Positions 56,689-64,000 of a DNA stretch of 64,000 bases are shown here, piece by piece. The notes beneath the pieces are model-generated. The model did no database searches. It saw only the letters and a list, made by a program, of their open reading frames with translations, and was not told where the DNA came from. The DNA is from Candidatus Caccoplasma sp. (GTDB taxonomy: Bacteria > Bacteroidota > Bacteroidia > Bacteroidales > G3-4614): contig JAZLBW010000002.1 in assembly GCA_045613905.1 (NCBI GenBank), forward strand, positions 68,502 to 132,501, written 5' to 3'. A program made the translations under genes and the position numbers. Positions within the stretch are counted from its first letter, which is position 1. Every line of letters begins with the position of its first letter.

Positions 56689-58728
56689 TTAGAAAAATAT
56701 ATTTAGTCCTACATTACAGTTAAAGCCTTCGGAATAATTTCTTATTTTTTCGGAATGTCCTGATAGCACCTCAAATCCTGGCGATTTATAAACAGAAAGT
56801 ATATATTCGGGAGTGATAGATAATCCAAGCCATGGAGCCAATACAAAATTTAAACGCGCACCAAATGTCAATCCCATTGTGTAGGCTCCATTTGCAATTA
56901 GCATATCACTGTAATAATTGTCGGTATATGAGTTCTCGATACTCTCCTTTAAAAGCGTATATTGAGTACCAACTTGCAGGGTTGTTCTGATACGACTATG
57001 AAGTCTAAAACCGTAACCCAATTTAAAATTACCTCCTAATGGTTTGTATGTTGCCACATACGGCATTGACTCGGTAGTTGTGTTGGTCCAATAAATTTTG
57101 TCGCTTTCTATAAATCCTAAAACAAAATTTGCCTCCATATTCACATTCTTGATGTGTCCTCCAAGACCTGCATTTATTCCGATTATACCTCCATAATTTC
57201 CTCCCACCTGCATATAGAACTCGCTTGGACGGACATAATTACGACGCAATTTTATTGTCATATCCTCTGTCATTCCATCTAAATGCAATGTTTTTGAGTA
57301 TGTGGTATAACCATGGGCTGATATCTCTACTTTATAGTTTCCTGCTACTCTGTTTTTTATTTTATAAGGTGTTTTACCCATATATATTCCATCGATAAAG
57401 ATGTTTGCATTGGGTGTGGAGTTGATTGTTGCATCGCAATAATCGGTTAGAATAAGATTTTTTCTTACCGGGCTTCCCTCTTTTATCTCAACGTCAAACT
57501 CTTCGGGTTTGTGTCCGGGCAATACCAATTTTACACGATGAGGTCCTATCAAAAGCTGACTATTGATATAATCTGTTCTTCCTGATTCTATTGGGCTACC
57601 ATCGATATATACCTTTGCGTTACTCGGGGTGGTTTTTATTTCGAGAGTTCCGGTTATTGGTTCAGGTCGTGATAATACAACTCTTTGATTTACATCTTTC
57701 TCTACTACTATTTTTTTTACTGAGGGGGTGTGACTTATCTTTCTCGCCTCTATGGTATGTTCGCCTGCTTCGAGCTTTCCACTCCAATATCCGACACCCA
57801 ACAGTTCGCCATTATCAAAAATTTGAGCATTATTGTCTCCCACCACCAAGAATTCATACTCGGCACAGTTTGGCTCTAAAGTGGGCATTAGTGAGATTGT
57901 TATGCTATCTTTCATCTCAATCTCCTCGACATACGTTTGATACAGCTTCTTAAAAACCTCTACTTTGTGCTTACCGCTTTTGAGTTTATGTTGAGACACA
58001 GGTAGTTTGCCAACTCTCTGTCCGTCGATATATAACTCTCCTCCATCTGTCTCGGGTGAGCCGTTTATGTTCAAATATCCAAATGCAGGTTTTAAAGTTA
58101 TCGAAAGTTTTGGTGATTGAACCGAATCGATTATCTCAAATTTTCCACTCTGAGTGTGGTAATTTAATGCCGATGCTCGATATGTATGAGTTCCAAGAGA
58201 GAGAGTTTTCGAGATTTTTCCATTATTATTTAATTTCTCCACTCCTCCATTTATAAATAATTGGGCATCAGCAGGGATGACTGTGACTTCGATATCTTTC
58301 ATATGCTCGTAGTCGTGACTCGTTGTTATTACCTCTGCAGTACTCAACTTCATCAAATAGGTTTTACCCGATTGTGGGCGAGGTTTATAGTAGTAATCAC
58401 GAAGCACTCCTAAAGTTTCGTGTTTTATAGTTAGTTTTTTAGCGCCCTCCGGTACATACAGCCATATCTCTCCGGTCTTATACTCAGGGTCTCCAACAAA
58501 TCCCAACGACCCACCCTCAAAGACAAAGCCTTTTTGAGTTGTCTCTATCTTTATCAGTGCCGCATATTTTCGGGTGTTTGGATCGAATCGTTGTGTCTCT
58601 GATTTATTGGCAGTTAAATCATGTGGCAACAGTTCAAAACTCTCCACCGACATTTTATCTTGCGCCAATACAGAGACAGAGAACAAGAGTAAGAGCTGAA
58701 GTAATATATGTTTGATTATTTTTTGCAT
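56689..58728 (-). CDS. PEGA-domain protein with C-terminal outer-membrane beta-barrel
   Basis: Signal peptide. Several PEGA-like units (e.g. VYIDGSPIESGRTDY...GPHRVKLVLPGHKPEEFDV). The C-terminal ~190 aa have an alternating strand pattern ending NIFF. Confidence 0.75.
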   Translation of the reverse strand: MQKIIKHILLQLLLLFSVSVLAQDKMSVESFELLPHDLTANKSETQRFDPNTRKYAALIKIETTQKGFVFEGGSLGFVGDPEYKTGEIWLYVPEGAKKLTIKHETLGVLRDYYYKPRPQSGKTYLMKLSTAEVITTSHDYEHMKDIEVTVIPADAQLFINGGVEKLNNNGKISKTLSLGTHTYRASALNYHTQSGKFEIIDSVQSPKLSITLKPAFGYLNINGSPETDGGELYIDGQRVGKLPVSQHKLKSGKHKVEVFKKLYQTYVEEIEMKDSITISLMPTLEPNCAEYEFLVVGDNNAQIFDNGELLGVGYWSGKLEAGEHTIEARKISHTPSVKKIVVEKDVNQRVVLSRPEPITGTLEIKTTPSNAKVYIDGSPIESGRTDYINSQLLIGPHRVKLVLPGHKPEEFDVEIKEGSPVRKNLILTDYCDATINSTPNANIFIDGIYMGKTPYKIKNRVAGNYKVEISAHGYTTYSKTLHLDGMTEDMTIKLRRNYVRPSEFYMQVGGNYGGIIGINAGLGGHIKNVNMEANFVLGFIESDKIYWTNTTTESMPYVATYKPLGGNFKLGYGFRLHSRIRTTLQVGTQYTLLKESIENSYTDNYYSDMLIANGAYTMGLTFGARLNFVLAPWLGLSITPEYILSVYKSPGFEVLSGHSEKIRNYSEGFNCNVGLNIFF

Positions 58729-58761
58729 AAATTTTATTCTTATAATTCACACTTAAGAGTT

Positions 58762-58769
58762 CAAAGGTA
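58762..58769 (-). promoter_or_regulatory. -7 promoter box TACCTTTG upstream of the PEGA gene
   Basis: Exact TAnnTTTG match in the 45-bp gap after the GT2 stop, 34 bp upstream of ATG 58728. Confidence 0.45.
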
Positions 58770-58773
58770 CAAA

Positions 58774-59493
58774 TTATCTGAACAAAAAGCAAATATGCTT
58801 AAAAATTGTTATAAACAATCCGTAATGGGTGGTCATTATACGAAAACGCTCTTTCAGAGATTTTATATGATTGCGAGTTGTTGCTCCCTCGTCCAAGTAG
58901 TTTACTATGTACTCCTCTATTTGTGCGCATTTTTTTGATTTTGATAATATCTTTACACACCAGTCAAAGTCGGCAGAGAAACGATATTTCATATCGTATG
59001 GCATTGCCAACTCTCTTTTGGGCAGAAAGGCTTGATGACACACCAACATCCCGTTTTTAAAGCTACTACGCGTGAGAGTTTTTGGTGGGCGTAATTTTCG
59101 AGGACGAAGGTAATTTCTGTCGGCATCCACTATTGCTGTATCGCCATATATCACGTCGGGCTTTTCTTGCTCCGCCACATCTGCTATAGTCTGCAAGGTT
59201 TGAGGAGAATATAACGAATCTCCTGCATTTAAGAACATCAGATATTCTCCTTTTGCCAAAGCCAAACCTTTGTTCATGGCATCGTAAATTCCTTTGTCTC
59301 GCTCGCTTATCAAATGGGTTGGGTCTATGCCACTTTGAGATATTACATTAAGGGTATTATCTTTTGAGGCTCCGTCAATAATAATATACTCGTAGCCTTT
59401 GAAGCTCTGCTCCTTTACGCTTTTAAGGGTGGCTTCAATCTCGCGCGATGCATTGTAACATACTGTTATTATTGATATTACGGGTGCTGCCAT
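58774..59493 (-). CDS. family 2 glycosyltransferase
   Basis: N-terminal ISIITVCYNA, with DGASKDNT and a DxD-like region. 239 aa. Confidence 0.85.
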   Translation of the reverse strand: MAAPVISIITVCYNASREIEATLKSVKEQSFKGYEYIIIDGASKDNTLNVISQSGIDPTHLISERDKGIYDAMNKGLALAKGEYLMFLNAGDSLYSPQTLQTIADVAEQEKPDVIYGDTAIVDADRNYLRPRKLRPPKTLTRSSFKNGMLVCHQAFLPKRELAMPYDMKYRFSADFDWCVKILSKSKKCAQIEEYIVNYLDEGATTRNHIKSLKERFRIMTTHYGLFITIFKHICFLFR

Positions 59494-60746
59494 TATTGTT
59501 TTTGAAGTAACGATTTGTATAATTCGATATGTTGTTGTGCCACTGTTTGGGGCGACATTATTCTGTTGATTTTTGCATTTGCCTTCTCTCGCATTTGGTC
59601 ATCGGCATTTTGCAAAAGCCATTTTATACCTTCAGCAAAATCTTCCACCATTGGGTAATGTGCAAGATAACCGTTCTCTTTGTGGTCGATTAAGGATGTT
59701 TGTCCTGCACTGTCGAATGCAAGTGCAGGTGTTCCGCATGCCATTGCTTCGGCTATTACGAATGGCAGGGTTTCGTAATGCGACGGCACTACTACCATGT
59801 CGGCAGCCGAATAGAGTTCTGCCAATTTATCTTTGTCGGTCACTGAGCCTATATATTTGTATGGGCAAGGTATGCGACCGAGGAACCCTTCGTCATTTTT
59901 TATTGAGCCGAAAAGAAGCAACATAAGTTTCTCTTTTATTCCACTCTTTTCTATTGCCGAAAACAGCATATCTGCGCCCTTTATTGGGTCGTTGAGTTTC
60001 GCCGCGCCAAATACAAGTACTTTTTCGTTTTCGGCTATCTGCAACATTGCTCTGCTTTCGGCTTTGCCATGCATATAGAAGTGGTTGGTATCTATTGCAT
60101 TGCATATTTGACGATAGTTTACTCCCGATGTCAATGCACTTCGCTCCAATCGCTCTGCTAACCATTGACTTATGGCTACAAATGTCACTCCTTTTTTGTA
60201 TAGGTTTTCTTTCCCACGCCACACCTTTGCCGAGAGGTCGTTATCGGATGGTTTTTCTAAACATGGACAGTTGTTGCACCCTGTTGTATATTTGTCACAC
60301 TCACCTGCATGGTGGCAAATGCTTGTTGCATACCACATGTCGTGGGGTGTTATGACTACGGGTTTGCCTGTTGCCACCAACTGCTCGATATTTTTTAGCG
60401 ACAACATTCCTTGATTTACCCAATGCAGGTGAATTATGTCTGCCTCTTTTACCGCTTGTAGTTTTGTTATGTCTGTTCCACTGTCGGCTGTAGATACGGT
60501 AAAGAGGTTTTTACGAGAGAACCCATTTGCCACCCATATACCAAAACGTTCTTTTATAAAATTGAGTTTATGCAATAGTTTGCCCCATAGTGTTTTAGAG
60601 ACCACCTCTACAGCCTCTCCTCCTTCGCCTTCTGCCACAACGAGGGTTGCATCAACACCCTCCTTGCGAAGTGCTTTGTGCAGACGGCATGCCGCCGCAG
60701 CAGCTCCTCCTCCACTCTGTTTGGTATTTATCAAGGCTACTTTCAT
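59493..60746 (-). CDS. family 4 (GT-B, group 1) glycosyltransferase
   Basis: 417 aa with the C-terminal EX7E-type region (YETLPFVIAEAMACGTP). Confidence 0.85.
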   Translation of the reverse strand: MKVALINTKQSGGGAAAAACRLHKALRKEGVDATLVVAEGEGGEAVEVVSKTLWGKLLHKLNFIKERFGIWVANGFSRKNLFTVSTADSGTDITKLQAVKEADIIHLHWVNQGMLSLKNIEQLVATGKPVVITPHDMWYATSICHHAGECDKYTTGCNNCPCLEKPSDNDLSAKVWRGKENLYKKGVTFVAISQWLAERLERSALTSGVNYRQICNAIDTNHFYMHGKAESRAMLQIAENEKVLVFGAAKLNDPIKGADMLFSAIEKSGIKEKLMLLLFGSIKNDEGFLGRIPCPYKYIGSVTDKDKLAELYSAADMVVVPSHYETLPFVIAEAMACGTPALAFDSAGQTSLIDHKENGYLAHYPMVEDFAEGIKWLLQNADDQMREKANAKINRIMSPQTVAQQHIELYKSLLQKQ

Positions 60747-61642
60747 CGGAAAAGTTCTTTTAGTTTAGTGAGTATATATACTCTTAATTTATTTGTGTAT
60801 GAGGTGCGCAACATATATGTTATGCGCAACTTGTCACGCATTTTTTTATCCTCTTCGACAGGGCTTATCTTTTGTGGATGTATCTCTCCCATGTATAATT
60901 TCACCGAGAATAAATCGGGCGTATTACAGTGTGTTGCTCCTACGCCAAAGCCTCCATTTACCACCAACGGACGCCCTGCGTTCAACGACAGTTTACGATT
61001 CACAAACAACGATGCATTCCAACGTATTGCCCACGAGTTTATCTTTCCCTCGCACTGCTCTCGCAACATGCGGGTGAAGTGATACCCCATGTCAAATTCA
61101 CACTCACTGCCTTGCTCCTTAATTTTTGCAAGGAGTTTGTTTGCATCGGGTTCGAAATATGCCCAACCTCGTTTCCATGTTGCCCAGCCCCAGCTGTTGG
61201 CAAAACTTATGAGGAAGTTTTCTCTGAATGTCATTGGCGATGACAACACATGTGAGTTTATGTTTACGACATCCTCCTCGTCTTTATACATTTCAAGAGC
61301 CTCGTTCATGTACGAAAGAAAGTTTGGCGACAACACCAAATCATCTTCCAACACTATTGCTCTGCCATGCTCGTCGAGTACTTTACCCACTCCGTATATT
61401 ACACTTGCGGCAAGTCCTCGATTCTCTGTTGCCTCCTCAACAACAACGCTCTTAAAGCCTGTTATTGTTTTTAAGTAACTTCTCACAGCCAACACATCGG
61501 CAAGGTCGGCATCACCTTTGGGAGCATCGGAGAAGATATATAGTTGGCTCTCCGCTGCCAATGGCGACATTTTTATTGACTCCACACAACGTTGTGTATG
61601 TGCAGCCCTGCGGTATGTGAAAAGTATTATTGGGGCAATCAT
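60743..61642 (-). CDS. putative GT-A fold glycosyltransferase
   Basis: 299 aa with N-terminal IILFTYRR and an acidic EDD motif. Overlaps its neighbours by 4 nt. Confidence 0.6.
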   Translation of the reverse strand: MIAPIILFTYRRAAHTQRCVESIKMSPLAAESQLYIFSDAPKGDADLADVLAVRSYLKTITGFKSVVVEEATENRGLAASVIYGVGKVLDEHGRAIVLEDDLVLSPNFLSYMNEALEMYKDEEDVVNINSHVLSSPMTFRENFLISFANSWGWATWKRGWAYFEPDANKLLAKIKEQGSECEFDMGYHFTRMLREQCEGKINSWAIRWNASLFVNRKLSLNAGRPLVVNGGFGVGATHCNTPDLFSVKLYMGEIHPQKISPVEEDKKMRDKLRITYMLRTSYTNKLRVYILTKLKELFR

Positions 61643-61643
61643 A

Positions 61644-63092
61644 TTATTTTGTTATTCCTAATTTACGTTTTGCCAATGAGAGACACTCTAACCATATCTC
61701 CATTTTAAAGAGTGACACAATGGCGATATACGACACAGCAAACATTAGTGCCGAAGATATTAGCAACACCCAACTGTTTGTAAAAAACATGTATGGTATG
61801 AGCGATACTATTGCCGAAGATAGTGCCACCAAAAAGTACGGGGTTATATCTTTTACGAAAGTTATGACTTTATATCCTGCCACACGTGACGACACCACTG
61901 CCGTGGTTATCAGCGAAAGCAAGGTGTATGCCACCCACACGCATATAAGACTCATTATTGAGTTTCCGAAAGAGAGAGCTATGGCTATTGCTCCTATAAG
62001 AAATATTTTTTTTGCTATTTCAAGTTTGAAGTTTATGTCGCTTCTCCCCTCGGTGTTGAAAAGATCGTAATAGAGTATTATGAATGGCGAAAACATTCCT
62101 GCCAACGACAAAACCTGAAGCATTGGCACTGAGTTTATCCACTTGTCGGTTATCAACGAAATTATCAAGGGATGAGCCACGACAATCAGCATCATCATTA
62201 CAGGGAAGATAAAGAATGCTGTTGTACGGATATACTTACCAAAGACTCTCAACAAACGAGGCTTATCATCGTTGATTGATGACAGCACAGGGAACGCCAC
62301 ACTACGGAATATATTGGCAATTAGGGCTGATGGTATATCCTGCAACTTTTGTGCTTGCGTGTAGAATCCCACGGTTGCTGTTGAGAATGATTTTGCTATT
62401 ATCAGCGGATAGATGTTATTGAATACCGCGTTAAGAACTCCTGTTCCCAAGAGGTTTGCACTGTAACTCAGAAACTCGCGGATAGATGCCAATGAGAATA
62501 TCAACTTGGGATACCATCTGCCATACACCCATAAAAGGATTGTCTTAAGCACCGACAACCCAAGTGTTTGCACAACCAAAGCCCACACTCCGCCTCCGTT
62601 TGCTGCCAACCATATTGCCGATGCCGACGACAAGGTAAGAGCCACAATGTTTATTCGGGCATACTCGGTGAATCGAATCTCTTTGAACATTCGGGTTTGC
62701 TGAATCAATCCCAACGAATTGAATATTATTGAGAGGAACAGCACTCGCGATATGCCCACCAAATCGGGAATATCGAAGTATGACGATATAAATACGGCTG
62801 AGAAATAGAGTATTAAATAGAAAACAAGCGATATGATAAGATTAAAATAGAATATGGTTGAGTAATCGCTGTCGGTTGCCCCTTTTTTTCTTATGAGAGC
62901 TGAGCTGAAACCGCTATCTATCAATATGTTTGACAACACTATAAATATTGTCAACACTCCTATTTTACCATAGTCGCCCGGCATAAGGAGATTGGCGAGG
63001 ATAATTCCGGAGACAAAATATATAATTTGTTGCCCGAATTTATCCACGAAACTCCAAATCAGTGCCTTCTCTGTTCTCTGTTTTAAGTCCAC
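61644..63092 (-). CDS. wzx: Wzx-type oligosaccharide flippase (MOP superfamily polysaccharide biosynthesis protein)
   Basis: 482 aa with about 12-14 TM helices and a typical Wzx N-terminus (…ALIWSFVDKFGQQIIYFVSGIILANLL). Confidence 0.8.
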   Translation of the reverse strand: MDLKQRTEKALIWSFVDKFGQQIIYFVSGIILANLLMPGDYGKIGVLTIFIVLSNILIDSGFSSALIRKKGATDSDYSTIFYFNLIISLVFYLILYFSAVFISSYFDIPDLVGISRVLFLSIIFNSLGLIQQTRMFKEIRFTEYARINIVALTLSSASAIWLAANGGGVWALVVQTLGLSVLKTILLWVYGRWYPKLIFSLASIREFLSYSANLLGTGVLNAVFNNIYPLIIAKSFSTATVGFYTQAQKLQDIPSALIANIFRSVAFPVLSSINDDKPRLLRVFGKYIRTTAFFIFPVMMMLIVVAHPLIISLITDKWINSVPMLQVLSLAGMFSPFIILYYDLFNTEGRSDINFKLEIAKKIFLIGAIAIALSFGNSIMSLICVWVAYTLLSLITTAVVSSRVAGYKVITFVKDITPYFLVALSSAIVSLIPYMFFTNSWVLLISSALMFAVSYIAIVSLFKMEIWLECLSLAKRKLGITK

Positions 63093-63118
63093 TTTCCTTT
63101 AATGAGGAATGTTTTTTT

Positions 63119-63200
63119 AAATTAGGAATGAGGAATTAGGAATTAGAAATGATTAATTCCTAATTTCTAATTGGCTCGAAGTGCCGAACTAATTCCTAAT
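63119..63200. repeat. TTAG-heptamer/hairpin element, copy K (MITE-like, opposite orientation to copy E)
   Basis: 10-bp TIR AATTAGGAAT (63119-63128) / ATTCCTAATT (63191-63200). Internal TCTAATT-GGCTCGAAGTGCC-GAACTAATTCCTAATT nearly matches the reverse complement of copy E. Confidence 0.7.
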
Positions 63201-63208
63201 TAAAAAAA

Positions 63209-64000
63209 CTATTTCACTTCGCTTCCCGGAGCCACCTCTTTTTGTGTTGTTGTAACAACCAATTTGCCATCGAAGTCTTCGGCAGAAAGAATCATACCTT
63301 GCGACTCGATTCCTTTGATTTTACGAGGTGCCAAGTTTGCGATAAAGCATACTTGTTTTCCTACCAACTCCTCGGGAGCATAATGTTTTGCAATACCCGA
63401 TACAATTGTTCTTCCACCCAAACCGTCATCTATTTTGAACATCAAAAGTTTGTCGGCTTTGGGAACTTTTGTACACTCCAAAACTGTTCCAACGCGGATA
63501 TCCAATTTCAAGAAGTCCTCAAAATCGATGTTTTCTGCTATTGGGTTTGCCTTTTTGTTTTTCAACTCATTAGCAACTTTTGTATCTTGAAGGCGTTGAA
63601 TTTGCGCCTCAATTTCTGCATCTTCAATCTTCTCGAACAATAGTTCGGGAGCATTAATTTCTGCACCTGTGGCAAGGATATTCATCTCGCCCAAACTGTT
63701 CCAATCGCACTCTGTCATATTCAACATACCACGCAATTTAGCTGCTGAGAATGGCAAGAATGGTTCAAATGCAATTGCAAGGTTTGCAGATATTTGCAAT
63801 GCCACATTCATAATTGTGGCTACGCGCTCCATATCGGTTTTAGCAAGTTTCCAAGGCTCAGTATCTGCAAGATATTTGTTACCGATACGAGCCAAGTTCA
63901 TAGCCTCTTTCAAAGCATCGCGGAAGCGGTAGTTTTGAAGCAATTTCTCTATCTCGTCTTTAACCGATGCAAACTCTGCTATTGTTGCGTTATCGTATTC
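63209..64000 (-). CDS. metG: methionine--tRNA ligase, C-terminal part (5' end outside window)
   Basis: Frame open to the window edge. Anticodon-binding region, then the C-terminal tRNA-binding (Trbp111/EMAP-like) domain [28 protein letters not shown]. Confidence 0.9.
   Translation of the reverse strand, partial: EYDNATIAEFASVKDEIEKLLQNYRFRDALKEAMNLARIGNKYLADTEPWKLAKTDMERVATIMNVALQISANLAIAFEPFLPFSAAKLRGMLNMTECDWNSLGEMNILATGAEINAPELLFEKIEDAEIEAQIQRLQDTKVANELKNKKANPIAENIDFEDFLKLDIRVGTVLECTKVPKADKLLMFKIDDGLGGRTIVSGIAKHYAPEELVGKQVCFIANLAPRKIKGIESQGMILSAEDFDGKLVVTTTQKEVAPGSEVK

Overview
This is a chromosomal segment from a low-GC Bacteroidota (Bacteroidales-like) genome. The taxonomic call rests on a SusC/SusD pair, BACON and PEGA domain proteins, a T9SS C-terminal sorting domain, TAnnTTTG -7 promoter boxes and the lack of Shine-Dalgarno sites. 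About 50 CDS and one tRNA-Arg(TCT) are supported. Housekeeping genes: argH (partial), queA, apbE, an aminotransferase, PBP1A, pyrBI, glyA, pdxA, rlmN, a PpiD-like PPIase, coaX, rpsF-rpsR-rplI, mntP, an anaerobic sulfatase maturase and metG (partial). Accessory content: (1) a tyrosine recombinase followed by a 187-bp segment bounded by a perfect 18-bp inverted repeat, upstream of a BspA-type LRR protein with a T9SS tail, which looks like an invertible promoter caught in the OFF state; (2) a SusC/SusD locus with an M16 peptidase and a ChaN/Tiki-like lipoprotein but no glycoside hydrolase; (3) a self-contained three-gene operon (PEGA-domain outer-membrane barrel, multi-BACON lipoprotein, fimbrillin-like/FGE-fold lipoprotein) whose last protein ends in a Tyr/Ser-rich tract resembling a DGR variable region; (4) a metG-linked wzx plus three-glycosyltransferase cluster resembling the Bacteroidetes lfg O-glycosylation locus. 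The main unannotated signal is a family of intergenic elements with at least 11 copies. They are built from 7-bp TTAG-core tandem repeats (AATTAGA/AATTAGG or GTTGTTA) combined with short GC-rich triloop hairpins. Most sit directly after stop codons, and two copies carry terminal inverted repeats. mntP is bracketed by these elements and has an unusual leader containing a perfect three-way junction. No CRISPR array, rRNA, prophage or known defence system was seen. All function calls come from motif recognition by eye; no searches were run.
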